From Octopus vulgaris (lineage: Eukaryota), in contig OX597838.1 of NCBI GenBank assembly GCA_951406725.2, positions 30,318,001-30,382,000 on the forward strand: a stretch of DNA of 64,000 nt, written 5' to 3'. Made by a program: the position numbers and the translations under genes. Positions 13,983-29,330 of the stretch are shown one piece after another. Within the stretch, counting starts at the first letter, position 1; each line of letters starts with the position of its first letter. The notes beneath the pieces are model-generated. The model had not been told where the DNA came from. It did not search any database and saw only the letters and a program-made list of their open reading frames with translations.

Positions 13983-14567
13983 TGAAGGCGGCGTGCTGGC
14001 AGAAATGTTAGCATGCCGGGCGAGATGCGTAGCCGTATTTCGTCTGCCGTTACGTTCTGAGTTCAAATTCCGCCGAGGTCGACTTTGCCTTTCATCCTTT
14101 CGGGGTCGATAAATAAAGTACCAGTTTCGCACTGGGGTCGATGTAATCGACTTAATCCGTTTGTCTGTCCTTGTTTGTCCCCTCTCTGTGTTTAGCCCCT
14201 TGTGGGCAATAAAGAAATATATATATATATATATCATGATTATGTAATCAAACAAAAAGAAGATAAGTTTATTCAGTTAAACTTTGCAAGAACAATTTCA
14301 TCGAAGAAGAGTCCGCCATTTATATATGTACGCTTGTGAGAATTACATGATTATGCATATAATAACATATATGTATACGATTTGAAACCGCGACCTGTTC
14401 ACTGAGAAAACGAAAATATTTTGGTACCAATTAAATTTAAATGTTGAAGTGAATCTAACGGTTTTGCGTGTTTCTTAAATGGCTTATAAACACCTTCCAC
14501 GCTGCATTTGTTTTCTTTTCAACACACGAGCTTGGATCAAGTCACTTGCTATGCAAGTACATCACAG

Positions 14568-14614
<47 letters not shown>

Positions 14615-14748
14615 ATCTTTTACTTATTTCTGTTATTTGACTGCGGCCATGCTAGAACACCGCATTGAAGGGTTTTTAAAAAGTCTTGTACTTTTTCTAT
14701 TGGCCTCTTTTGTCAGACGGTGATGGAGGACAAACACAGACACAAAGG

Positions 14749-15648
<900 letters not shown>

Positions 15649-16318
15649 GACGGGCTTCTCTCAGTTATCGTCTACCAAATCCACTCACAAAGCTTTGGTC
15701 GACCCGAGGCTAATGTAGAAGACACTTGCCCAAGGTGCCAGACGGTGGGACTGAACCCGGAACCATGTCGTTAGGCAGCAAGCTTATCGTATGGTATCCC
15801 ATTTACAAATCTGGGAGAACCACAATGCAGAGTTTTCAGAAGGCCAACATAAGCGTGGAGATATTTGTTTATTCATATCAGTGAGTCTCAATAGGGTCTG
15901 TGTGACCCCTGTGAGTCCATTAAGATGGAGTGGGGCGAGGGGGGCGTCCACGCAACAGAATAGTAAATTGGGGTTGACAATAATATTTTAAGGGCTCCAT
16001 GTGTGCATTGATATGTATTGCAAGAAACAGCTGGGTTTCTTTCTTTACCATTTTACATTGTTCAACCAACTACAAACGAATGAGTGAAGAACAAAATAGG
16101 GATTTTGAAAGGAGTTTTTGTTAAACTAGTTTTTAAACATTGAATGGCTATGAGGGTCCACCACAATAAAATAATAATGCAAGGGGTCAATAGATAAAAA
16201 AAAAGGGTAAGGAGCTGAGAACACTGATTTAGACTATGGCACTTACAAGTCTAGTCGGGTTTCTTTCAAATTCCGACATCATCAAAGTATCACACACAAA
16301 CACACACATGCATACACA

Positions 16319-16358
<40 letters not shown>

Positions 16359-16436
16359 TACACACGCACACACAGAGTAGAGATATATCTTTATTTTACA
16401 TGGGTAGGTATTTTCAATGTTATTTTTTTTACGAAA

Positions 16437-16827
16437 CCTTTATATATAAAAGAAAGGTTGTGTGTCTGTCTCCTACGATTTAGATTCCTAACTACTCCCA
16501 CATTTTGCGATGCAGTTTAACCAAAACCGGGTATCTTATAGTCGTGATTCATATCGAGCCCTTCTGGGTATTAGCGCGCGTCTACAATAAGTCTACGATT
16601 TTAAAAATAATTTACCATCAAATTTTTCCATTTTAATGCATATTTTTTTAATAAAGGGAAGTAACTCTCTAAAAATGTCTACGATGAGTCAACGATTTAA
16701 AAAAAAATTTACCATAATTTTTTTCCATTTTTAATGCATTTTTTGCTATTTTTTGTCTATAACTCTCTAAAAATGCTTTAAAGTTATTTCCCTTACAAAC
16801 CCGAGCAACGCCGGGCGATACTGCTAG
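16437..16827 (+). mobile_element. Non-autonomous Helitron family A
   Basis: Same sequence; ends about 43 bp before the 16871 exon. Confidence 0.8.
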
Positions 16828-16870
16828 TGCTTAATAATCCTGTACTGACATTTATTTTTTGAAATTCCAG

Positions 16871-17038
16871 CATGTGAGAAAAACATAGACGTAAACTTCG
16901 TGTTTGATTCCGGCATGTTGGGCGACCAAGGTACGGCGAACGTTGTTAAATTCATCGAGAGTTCAATTTCTGGTAAGGATCTTTCTAGAAGCAACATCAG
17001 ATTTGGAACAGTTGCTGGGCCGTGCAACAAAGTCTATG
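16871..17038 (+). CDS. vWA domain 2, N-terminal exon (PCEKNIDVNFVFDSGML...IRFGTVAGPCNKVY)
   Basis: ttccag acceptor, G|GTAAGA donor, 168 nt, phase 1-1; vWA strand A (DVNFVFDS) and strand B (IRFGTV). Confidence 0.88.
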
Positions 17039-17218
17039 GTAAGAATAATACAGTCATCCTAACTTAATGCTTGTCATTTAATATTGTTTTTGTTTAGCCC
17101 TTGGTAATCCAAAATCCAGCACGTCCTACGACCAATAACATACTGTCCGTTATGATATTAGGGTTGCGTGTCTGCAACTTGCATTATGTGATACAATATC
17201 TTTTTTGACTTCATTTCT

Positions 17219-17426
<208 letters not shown>

Positions 17427-17586
17427 GGAATAAATCCAAACTTACAGGGAAAAATCAGATTTAGGATTGAATCCAATTTTATAGTAAAATATTATATTAT
17501 ATTAAATTAGAGATAAAACCACTATTAGGCAAATCAAACAATGAAAAACTTAAGCCAATACAAAAATTAATTAATACATATATATG

Positions 17587-17647
<61 letters not shown>

Positions 17648-17653
<6 letters not shown>

Positions 17654-17843
17654 TATATAGAAGGAGCTTCTACAGGACTAGAACTGTTTCATTCAAAAGA
17701 AATCATCAGGAAGCTTCCTGATGATTTCTTTTGAATGAAACAGTTCTAGTCCTGTAGAAGCTCCTTCTATATAATAAATTAATTTACTCTGCTATGTATT
17801 GAGTACCTTATTTACTGTGGTTAACCCGACTCAACCCGGGACC

Positions 17844-17846
<3 letters not shown>
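17648..17846. mobile_element. Fold-back hammerhead element in (TA)n
   Basis: Perfect 132-bp palindrome 17648-17779 centred on AAG|CTT plus a one-sided tail. Confidence 0.75.
17712..17762 (+). ncRNA. Type I hammerhead ribozyme motif (mirror copy on minus strand in the other palindrome arm)
   Basis: AGCTTC-CTGATGA-TTTCTTTTGAAT-GAAACAG-TTCTAGTC-CTGTA-GAAGCT; stem II is weak with a U-U at its base. Confidence 0.72.
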
Positions 17847-17889
<43 letters not shown>

Positions 17890-18296
17890 TAGATAGATAT
17901 AGATATAGATATAGATATATAATATAAATAATATATAAATATATGCATATATACATACATATATATGTATATATACATGCATATATGTGTACAGGACATC
18001 AAAAAAAAAAAAACGTTGAACACAATGAGAAACGAATATATAAAAATAAAAACATAGAAACGAACTTTTTTTTCGAACAACGAAAAAAAAAGAACTGAGA
18101 AACGAGACATACAACATAAAGAATATTCCCCTTCATCAGTTGTCCTTGTTTCATCTACTCCACGTATTCGAAGGCACGGACAACATGTCGCATGTCTCCT
18201 TTCTCTGTTTTTTCGTAGGTATATACATATATGTATGTATATATGCATATATTTATAATTATTATTATATGCCACGCATCCTATTCCAAGTAAGTT

Positions 18297-18415
<119 letters not shown>

Positions 18416-18434
18416 CCTACCTACCTACCTACCA

Positions 18435-18641
<207 letters not shown>

Positions 18642-18707
18642 TGAAAGAAGTAAAAAATAAAATATTTGATATATATATAAATTTTTTGCGTTGTTTTTTT
18701 TTTACAG

Positions 18708-19079
18708 GTTTCGCCTTAAATCGGTATCAAACCAAAGAGGATATATTGAGACATTTCGACCAATTTCACCAAACGTCCCTCGCACCTCTTCTAACGGACA
18801 CCAAAGACAAATCTTTCAGCTTTCAAAGCGGCGGCCGTCCTGGAGCGCGTAAGGTCGCGGTTATTTTCCTAAAAGGAAAACTGAACGATCCAAGCGGAGT
18901 GGCTGCAAGAGCGAGTGCCCTTCGCAATAGTGGCGTTGAGGTGTTTGTCGTTAACATGGATAACATGAATTCGAGACAGACTTTGGAAACCATTGCATCA
19001 CCCGGCAATATTCTGGACGGCGATCGGGGAACGAGCATGGTGCTGTTGAGCAGGCAATTCTCAGACCGGCTTTGTAGAC
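18708..19079 (+). CDS. vWA domain 2, C-terminal exon (GFALNRYQTKEDIL...GGRPGARKVAVIFLKG...GVEVFVV...RLCR)
   Basis: tttttttacag acceptor, C|GTAAGT donor, 372 nt, phase 1-1; typical vWA motifs F-x-L-N-x-Y, RPGARKVAVI, GVEVFVV and terminal Cys. Confidence 0.9.
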
Positions 19080-19166
19080 GTAAGTAAAGCAGTTCAACGC
19101 ACACACACACACTAATGCAGTTGCATGTACCCATGCACACACATACGCACACTTGTACTCATATAG

Positions 19167-19546
19167 GAGCACTCCGTCGGTTACGACGATGAGGGTCCCA
19201 GCTGATACGATCAACGGAACAGCCTGCTCGTGGAATTAACGTGCAAGTGGCTGAGCATTCCACAGACAAGTGCATCCTTAACGTAGTTCTCGAGGAGATT
19301 CAGCGTGACACAGAGAGTGACAAGGCTGGCCCTTTGAAATACAGGTACAACAGAAACAAGAAGAAAGAGAGAGAGAAAGTTGTGGTGAAAGAGTACAGCA
19401 GGGTTCACCACCACCCCCTGCAGGAGCCTTGTGAAGCTTTAGGTGTTTTCGCTCAATAAACACTCACAATGCCCGGTCTGGGAATCGAAACCGCGATCCT
19501 ACGACCGCGAGCCCGCTACCCTAACCACTGGGCCATTGCGCCTCCA
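19167..19546 (-). mobile_element. tRNA(Arg)-like-headed SINE with TSD
   Basis: Head ggaggcgcaatggcccagtggttaggg...gtttcgattccc; TSD tgtactcatata; copies at 9835-10214(-), 28108-28485(-, TSD aactgaaaaaat), 29900-30244(+); related subfamily at 1133-1430 and 25636-25935. Confidence 0.85.
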
Positions 19547-20277
19547 CTGTACTCATATACAGGGTTGGCCAAAAGTCACCCGGCAGTGTAAATCAAAATT
19601 CCATAAATAACTTAATATTCAATTTTATTTATTCGTTCTGATCGTGAATAATTGAATGCTGTAAGGGCGGCGAACTGGCAGAAGCGTTAGCACACTGGGC
19701 GAAATGCTTACCAGTATTTCGTCAGTGTCGCGCTGAATCTCCTTGAGAACTACGTTAAGGGTGTACATGTCTGTGGAGTACTCAGCCACTTGCAGGTTAA
19801 TTTCACGAGTAGGCTGCTCCGTTGATTGGATCAACTGAAACCCTTGTCGTCTGGAAGTGTGTGATTTCATGGTTGTTTGAATTGCATTTCTATCCGGTTG
19901 AACCGATCTATGAGCAAAGTTACTTCAGCTGACAATAATGTAATGGCTGAAAAAAAAAATGGCTGAAAAGCGGCAAGATGGTAGAACCGTTAGCGCATCA
20001 GACAGAATACTTAGCGACATTTCTTTCCGGTTCGTTAGGCTCTGGGTTCAAATGCCGCCGGGGTCAACTTTGTCTTTCATCCTTTCGGAATCAGCAAAAT
20101 AAGTTGATCTCTGGGATCGATATAATCGACTAGACCCCTTCCCCTACGATTGTTGACCTTGTCCCACAGTTTGAAACCATTTTAAGGGAGTGAAGACCAT
20201 TTGATAATACGTCTCTCCTTTTATCATATTTTATAAATCTGTAAGCCTTGTTTCTTCTTTTATGTTGCTCTTTCTAG

Positions 20278-20363
20278 CATCCCACGATGATCCCAGCAAG
20301 GGTCGTTTCTTAACTTATGCCCATGAATCAATTGCTAAACTTGGTGGGTGCCTTAAAAAGTGA
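20278..20363 (+). CDS. vWA protein C-terminal exon (PSHDDPSKGRFLTYAHESIAKL...)
   Basis: ttgctctttctag acceptor in phase 1 and open frame. It either reads to TGA at 20361-20363 or splices at G|GTGGGT after 20343 to a later terminal exon. Confidence 0.55.
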
Positions 20364-21381
20364 AACATCCTTCCAATATTGCTCATTGTAAAGGTGGCGA
20401 GCTGGCAGAACCGATAACACGCAAGGCAAAATGCCTAGCAGTGTTTTACCTGTCTTTTACGTTATGAGTTCAAATTCCGCCGTGGTCGACTTTGCCTTTC
20501 TTCCTTTCGAGGTCGATGAAATAAGTACCAGTTGAGTATCAGGGCCCGACTTACCCCACCCCAATATTGCTGGCCTTGTGTCAAAATTTGAAACCAATAT
20601 TTAGACAGTGAGCTGGCAGAACCGTTAGCACGCCTGATGAAATACCTGGCGGCATTTCGTCTGTTTTACGTTGTGTGTTCAAATTCCGCCAAGCTTGACT
20701 TTTTTCCCCAGATGAGAAATCTCAGCTTATGGCGTTTAAACATCACAATATACGTTAAGTATGTAGTATTGACATTTTTATTATTATTATAAAGTAGAAC
20801 TGCTGTTATTACATATTTAGAATTTGTTTTGCTTCAACATAGCTGATTTGATTTCACATTTGAAGTGACATGAATACAAGGCATTGATAAGCGGCAACTT
20901 TGACGAAATACGTATCTGGGCTGATTTCGTTTAGCCCGCCAAAATATTCTGTTTTTTTTTTAACGCTACATGTCTTTAAAGGGAGTTTTCACGGACGAAA
21001 AGCTGCTGCTTCTGGTTTTAAAACAACAGAGGTTAAGTTATTTATTATTGTTGTTGTTGTTGTTGTTGTTGAACAATGTAATCGCCGTTAATTTTTTAAA
21101 ACTTAATTTATATTAACTGATTTATAAATTTAATCGAGTCTTACATCTTTTTTTTTCAGTTTAAAAACCTGGTTCTCCCTCCATGGAACAGCAGAATTTA
21201 CCATTTTTTATTTTTTTAATCATTTTTTTCCAAATTCACGAATGGACACACGTACTATATACGATGAAATACACACACATATATGATACGACACTTTTTA
21301 CATAAATACAATGCGTACAACCAATATACTTATATGTGTGCGTGTGTATTCATATATATATATATATATATATATATGTAA

Positions 21382-21440
<59 letters not shown>

Positions 21441-21579
21441 GTATATATATACATATATATATATATGTATATATATATATGTATATATATATATACATAT
21501 ATATATATATGTGTGTGTAAGTATATATATATACACATATATACATATATATATATATACATATATATATATATGTAAG

Positions 21580-21691
<112 letters not shown>

Positions 21692-21699
21692 TATGTATG

Positions 21700-21730
<31 letters not shown>

Positions 21731-21735
21731 GTAAG

Positions 21736-21773
<38 letters not shown>

Positions 21774-22115
21774 TTTGGGGAAAAGTATGAAAGACTTAAG
21801 GTGCACTTTGCATAGTTTGCGAATATTTGCATCCTCTGTAGTGTGTACATAAATAAATGATATGTACACACACACGCATACACTTTACACACACACACAC
21901 ATACATACAGAATCTATAGGCACATATGTAGATACTATCACAGATAAATAGAAGCACATATATTCATATGCGTTCGCAAGCCATTAACCACATATTCCGA
22001 TACTTTACTTTTTTATATATATTTTTTTTTTACCTTTTTTGCAATTAACAACAATTAACTAAAAGTTAAATAAACTACCATTCGAAACTTAAGGCCGTTG
22101 TCAAAAAGGAATCTC

Positions 22116-22175
<60 letters not shown>

Positions 22176-22178
22176 CAA

Positions 22179-22213
<35 letters not shown>

Positions 22214-22389
22214 TATATATACATACATACATACATATACGCGCGCGTGTGTGTGTATGTATATCTGTAGGCACATATATATATGTATATATGTATATAC
22301 GTATATATATATATGTGTGTGTGTATATATATATACATATGTATACCCGCGCGTGTATGTGTGTATATATGTATATATATATATACGTA

Positions 22390-22446
<57 letters not shown>

Positions 22447-22485
22447 ATGTGTGTATGTGTATATGTATATATATAAATATGTGTA

Positions 22486-22526
<41 letters not shown>

Positions 22527-22715
22527 GTGTGTGTGTATATATACAAAAGTGTGTATGCATGTGTATATATATGTGTGTGTGTGTATATATATATATATAT
22601 ACACACATACACACAAACATACGTATATGCATGGATGTGTTTTTACATACATGTGCTCAAATATGCCAGTATGTGTGAAGGTGTGCATATATTTACACGT
22701 GCGCTCACATGCATG

Positions 22716-22754
<39 letters not shown>

Positions 22755-22948
22755 TACTCACTCATACATGCCTGCCATAATTGCCTGCCTTACCTAACCA
22801 CATACATTCATATATATATATGATACTCAGAAAATATTACAAGAGTATTTTATTTTTTTAATGTTGCTGAAATAAAATGCGAACTCCGATTATTTGAAAG
22901 ACTTTGTTGTTGTTGCTGTTGTTGTTGTTCTTGTCGTTGTTGTTTTTC

Positions 22949-22984
<36 letters not shown>

Positions 22985-23022
22985 CTATCATCATCATCAT
23001 CATCCTCATCATCTTCATCGTC

Positions 23023-23092
<70 letters not shown>

Positions 23093-23120
23093 CCATCATC
23101 TTCACCATCATCATCTTCAC

Positions 23121-23187
<67 letters not shown>

Positions 23188-23192
23188 TTCAC

Positions 23193-23237
<45 letters not shown>

Positions 23238-23270
23238 TATTATTAAATATTATTGTTCTTAGGGTAGCGA

Positions 23271-24035
23271 AGGCGGCGAGCTGGCAGAAACGTTAGCACG
23301 CCGGGCGAAATGCTTAGCAGTATTTCGTCTGCCGCTACGTTCTGATTTCAAATTCCGCCGAGGTCGACTTTACCTTTTTATCCTTTTGGGGTCGATTAAA
23401 TAAGTAACAGTTACGCACTGGGGTCGATATAATCGACTTAATCCGTTTGTCTGTCCTTGTTTGTCTGTCCTTGTTTGTCTTCTCTGTTTAGTCCCTTGTG
23501 GGTAAAGAAATAGGTATTTCGTCTGTCTTTACATTCTGAGTTCAAATTCCACCGAGGTCGACTTTACCTTTCATCCTTTCGGAATCGATAAATTAAGTAC
23601 CAGTTGCGCACTGGGGTCGATGTAATCGACTATCTCACTTCCACCAAAATTTCGGGCCTTGTGCCTATAATAGAAATGATTGTTATTAAGGCGGCAAGCT
23701 GGCAGACTGGTTAGCACACCGGAAGGAGTGCTTAACAGCATTTCGTCCGTCTTTACGTTCTAAGTTCAAATTCAGCCGAGGTCAACTTTGCCTTTCAGCC
23801 TTTCGGGGTCGATAAATTAAGTACCAGTTGCGTACTGGGGTCGATGTAATCGACTTATCCCTTCCCCCAAAATTGCTGCCCTTGTGGCAAAATCTGAAAC
23901 CATTCATTAAAAGGCGGCGAGCTGGGAAAATCGACAACTCTCCGAACAAAATGCTTAGTGGTATTTCGTCGGTCTTTACGGCCGAGGTTGACTTAGCCTT
24001 GCATCTATCGGCATCAATAAAATAAGTTCCGGTTG
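23271..24035 (+). mobile_element. Cluster of the same SINE family (dimer plus monomers)
   Basis: Repeated head and body; further copies at 1-250, 10875, 13987, 19970, 20393, 28731(-), 29469, 36440, 53600(-), 56272, 60400(-). Confidence 0.8.
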
Positions 24036-24226
24036 AGCGCTTACATCCAACTGTGCGCAAATAAGAAGTGAAAGATAAAGGCCTTATATTAGCACAAACT
24101 GAAGACATAGAGACGAAGGGAGAGGCTTTCAATAAAAGTGAAGAGAACTCAGGCTGTGAAAATAGAACGATACAGGGAAATGAGAGAGAGGGGGAGAGAG
24201 AGAGGAGGGAGAGAGAAATGGAAGAG

Positions 24227-24266
<40 letters not shown>

Positions 24267-24730
24267 AGAGAGAGAAAAGGAGAGATAAAGAAAGAGAAAG
24301 AGAGAGACAGTTAGAAAGAGAGATGGGGATATGGAGGGAGAGACAGAGAATGTGGGAGAGAGAAAGAGAGGGAGATAGAAAAAGAAAGAAAGAGAGACAA
24401 AGAGAAGGGCAGAGAGAGACATTTATCTGTCTTTGCAGTCAAAGAATGGTGACTGGGTGATTCTCCCAATGGACCCAGAAGACGGCCAGATTCCCCCGCC
24501 CCACCACCACCACCACCACCACCACAAGCGATAAAGAGACTGCAGGGGTCCAACATCGTGTTCTTTCAAAGGGCGGATTGTGGCTTTGTTTCACCACCAT
24601 CACCATCACCACCGAAACCGCTGCAATATCACTCTGGTGCAGCCAGCCATAACTTCTTGCATTTCATCAGCTGTCATCGACTCGTCGCAGAACTCCGCAT
24701 CCTCAGTCGAGAACCGCGGCAGAAAGAGAG

Positions 24731-24784
<54 letters not shown>

Positions 24785-25019
24785 GGAGAAAGGGAGAAAG
24801 GGAGAAAGAAAGAAAGAAAGGGAGAAAGAAAGAAAGAAAGGGAGAAAGAAAGGGAGAGAGACAGAGATGGTTCCCCACATGGTATTGGAAAACCTAGAGC
24901 CACAGCCCCGGTCAGGCTACATTCGGCTTTCTCTAGGGAGCCACACAGAGAAGGGATTTTGATAACCCCGATTGCCTATAGAAAATCTGTCAAGTTAGAT
25001 GATTCTCGTTCGTTGATGT

Positions 25020-27230
25020 TTCCCCCCTGATAACATGGCAGTTCCGTCAGTAGAATCCATAAATGCATGTCGTCTGATTCGCCCTGAAAGCAGAGGTTTC
25101 TGCTCAATGAATATTAGGTCACTAACTATAGATGTGATAGCCATCAGCGGCACTAGGATTTCCGACACACTTACTATGGCGCCCACACTTGACGACTTCG
25201 TGATCTATGCACTCGGAAAGATTGATGGAGTGGTAGTGTTGTTCCGGAAATATTTAGGTCTCGAATTACAGTCGACGTTCCTGGACCCGTTAAGTCGATG
25301 ACTCTAAATGGGAACAGCAGCAAGGAATGTAACTTCAGACTAGTTACTATCTACGTTCAGACAGAGGGCAGGACAGTCATATTTTTTCTGATATCTGGAG
25401 GTTTTCCTAAGAACATCTCACTGTTTAGTCCTACTGGACGATTGGAACTCATCTTGGACGCACGCTTGGATTGTATAGAACTAGGTGATAAGAGACGGAG
25501 TCTAAAAGTTTCCCAAAACTGCTCAGGCGTTTCCAATTGTCTAATTAGTATCAACTAGATTTCCCGTATGTAACAATGTGAACATGAGCAAACAACGACC
25601 ATGTTCAGATCTTCCTTATATGTTTATTTTTTTGTTTGTTCCTTCTCGAGCCATGCCTGACTCATAAGAGCCAGGTTCCCGGTTTTCTTGGCGTATAGGT
25701 TCCCCACCTGGACGGGACGCCGGTCCGTCGCACGTAAGCTGTAAGATGTAGGAGGAAAGAGTGAGAGAAAGTTATGGCGAAAGAGTCAGCAGAAGTTCGC
25801 CATTACCTTCTGCCGGAGCCACGTGGAGCTTAGGTGTTTTTGCTCATAAACACACACATCACCCGGTCTGAGATTCAAACACGTGATCCCTCGACCACGA
25901 GTCCGCTGCTCTAACCACTTGGCCATGTGCCTCCAGATCTTCCATATTGTATCCAAATAGAGTATTTTGTCAGCTAGCTGGTAGGGAGGGCATAGGTTGT
26001 TCCCCAGTTTAAAGTGGTAGGCAACATAGACCGCAAATTTGTGATTTGTACAATAGATCTAGGCAGGCTGCGGTTACTGGAAGATGAACGAATTTTTCCC
26101 GAAGCGTCAAACTCAAGAGAGTGAATCAGCGAATTAGTTAAGTAGGCGTTGGCGGAGACAATCGTCAAAAACCGATAATGATAAGTCGCGAAAACGTCTA
26201 TTAGAGCTGAGTTAATTTAGTAAGAAAATAGCGATAGTTATGGACTAGAGGAAGGTCTGGTTAGGAATCTAGAAGAGGCACTTAGGAAAGACATAGCAAC
26301 AAAAATTCTGGAGGCATCAGCCTTTGATCAATACTTCAGTGCAAAGCATGAAAAGTGTGTTGTCAGAACTAGGACAGGTGCACCATCACCTGAGGTAACA
26401 AAAGCCGTTCGACAGACAGGATTGAGTGGCAGAGGTAGGACGTGAAAAAAATGCCACAGTTCGATATTTGACGTATCGGCAGGGACGTAAGAAGCATGTT
26501 GATTGATTCCAAGCAGACGAGTTGCGGCTTTTCACAGGATTTTCGCTCAATGTCTGGGTTGGATAGCGAGTCAGAGACAAAGGTAGACATCACTGTCTAC
26601 CTCGACGAACTGCCGCGGTTCTCGACTGAGGATGCGGAGTTCTGCGACGAGTCGATGACAGCTGATGAAATGCAAGAAGTTATGGCTGGCTGCACCAGGG
26701 TGATATTGCAGCGGTTTCGGTGGTGGTGGTGGTGGTATGGTGAGGGTGGTGAAACAAAGCCACAATCCGCCCTTTGAAAGAACACGATGTTGGACCCCTG
26801 CAGTCTCTTTATCGCTTGTGGTGGTGGTGGTGGTGGGGGGGAATCTGGCCGTCTTCTGGGTCCATTGGGAGAATCACCCAATCACCATTCTTTGACTGCA
26901 AAGACAGATAAATGCCCTCTTTTTTTAAATATGGTAGTCAAAGTTTGCAAGAACTGAATACAAACCACCCTCAATATTTTCAAGCAGCACTCGAAGCGGA
27001 AGATGAGGGTGGAGTAAGAAGTGCTACTCTCTACTAAATCTACAGGAAGGTGAGTGAGAACGGTGGTTATAGATTGGTTGAATGGGTTCGCTCTGAACAT
27101 GAAAAATGAAGACCATAACTGAGAGAGTTCTTTTGCTCTTGGTAGCGAGGATACCATTGGAAATGCGGGTAAATAAAACAAGTGGAACCATTTCATCATT
27201 TGACATATAATCTCATGGAATGTTTTTTTG
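25020..27230 (+). mobile_element. Decayed L1/Tx1-like LINE ORF2 fragment (APE region to start of RT), with a SINE inserted at ~25636-25935
   Basis: SINAC...DVIAISGTR, GVVVLFRK, FRLVTIY, ILDARLD, YLDELPR...CDESMTADEMQEVM; many stops and frameshifts; SINE flanked by cagatcttcc duplication. Confidence 0.65.
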
Positions 27231-27791
27231 TTATTTTGTTTTTCACTTCTGTTTTCCATATTCTGTGGTGGACACAAGCGTGGCCGAGTAATTAAGAAGT
27301 TTGCTTCACTATCCTGAGAGGAAGCGAAACCCCAAATTTGATCTTACAGTGTGGAATCATAGGTACATGTTATTAAGCATAGTTTTGGGCTGATCCACGC
27401 CTTGTCCTCGCAATTAAGATAGATGGGAAATGGTGCTGAAAGCGTTGAAAGCCATCAGATGGATTATAACTTTCGGATAAAGTACACCTGTCCAAAAAAA
27501 CGTGGTTGTTTCTTTACCCATAACTTCCAGATCATTATGAAATGAGGGAATGTGACTAATGACCTGTAGGTGGCCCAAATAATCATATTTGTTGGTTATT
27601 GTCTACAAGACAACTAAACATATGATTAATAGATTCTTATACATATAGGTGCGTGGATGTGTGGTTAAGAAGCTCGCAATTGCAACCACGTTGCATCGAG
27701 TTCAGTCGCACAGCACGGCACCTTGGGCAAGTGTCTTCTAACATAGCTCTGAGTGGATTTGGTATATGTGAGCCCTATATATGTATGTATG

Positions 27792-27824
<33 letters not shown>

Positions 27825-29293
27825 GTGTATATACACGTATATATACATACATGCATATGTGTGTGATGTGTGTGTTTGTGTATGTGTGTGTGTGTGCGCG
27901 CGGGCGTTTCTGTGCGCGTACTCGATATCACTATTTGACAACCAGTGTTGGTGTACTTACATCCCCTTAACTTAGCGGTTCGGCTGAATAAACCGATAGA
28001 ATAAATGTCAGACTTGAAAATAAACAGTAGCGTCCGATTTGTTCAACGAAATACTTCAATACGGTGCTCCAGCATGGCCGAAGCCCGATAACTGAAAAAA
28101 TGTGGACGCACACCGTCGGTTACGACGACGAGGGTTCCGGTTGATCCGATCAACGGAACAGCCTGCTCGTGTAATTAACGTGTAAGTGGCTGAGCACTCC
28201 ACAGACACGTGTACCCTTAACGTAGTTCTCGGGGATATTCAGCGTGACACAGAGAGTGACAAGGCCGGCCCTTTGAAATACAGGTACAACAGAAACAGGA
28301 AGTAAGAGTGAGAGAAAGTTGTGGTGAAAGAGTACAGCAGGGATCACCACCATCCCCTGCCGGAGCCTCATGGAGCTTTTAGGTGTTTTCGCTCAATAAA
28401 CACTCACAACGCCCGGTCTGGGAATCGAAACCGCGATCCTACGACCGCGAGTCCGCTGCCCTAACCACTGGGCCATTGCACCTCCCAACTGAAAAAATAC
28501 ATCTACAGCAATAACAACAACAATAGAACAGCCAGCGTTTTGAGGTTTTTTTAAGTTTAAAGCAGTGTTTACCCTTGCAGATCACAAAAACTCCTCTTCA
28601 TTTAGCGCTGTCCTCTACATCTCCCCCCCCCCAGGAAACCCCTCAGGCTTCATTTCCTTCTCCATCATCTTAAACTATGTCTTTCTTTCTCTTCTTCTTC
28701 GTTCCTCGACTTCTTCCCACTTTCACTTCTTATTTCTTTACTACCCACAAGGGGCTAAACACAGAGGGGACAAACAAGGACAGACAAACAGATTAAATCG
28801 ATCCCCAGTGCGTAACTGGTACTTATTTAATCGACCCTGAAAGGATGAAAGGCAAAGTCGACCTCGACGGAATTTGAACTCAGAACGTATCGACAGACGA
28901 AATACCTATTTCTTTATTACCCACAAGGGGCTAAACATAGAGGGGACAAACAAGGACAGACATGGGTATTAAGTCGATTACATCGACCCCAGTGCGTAAC
29001 TGGTACTTATTTAATCGACCCCGAAAGGATGAAAGGCAAATTTGAACTCAGAACGTATCGACAGACGAAATACCGCTGAGCATTTCGCCCGGTGCGCTAA
29101 CGTTTTTGCCAGCTCGCTGCCTCCCACTTTCACTTCTATCACTCCTCTCACCCAGTCGCTTTCATCTTTCCTCAGCGCATGACTTAGCGACCTCATCCCA
29201 TTTCTCTTCACCGCATCCAACAAAGGCTCTAACTCTCCTCGTTTTCTGTCGGTGTTTGTCTTCTTCTCCTTCTCCTGTCCCCCTTCTCTACAT

Positions 29294-29330
<37 letters not shown>

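Noticed and set aside
15879-16226. hAT-like MITE (cagtg..tctca...tgagaacactg)
   Set aside because: TIRs are degenerate and no 8-bp TSD is visible; too weak to call
18120-18165. Minus-strand GAAAC...CTGATGA hammerhead-like words
   Set aside because: Spacing leaves no room for stems I and III and there is no cleavage triplet
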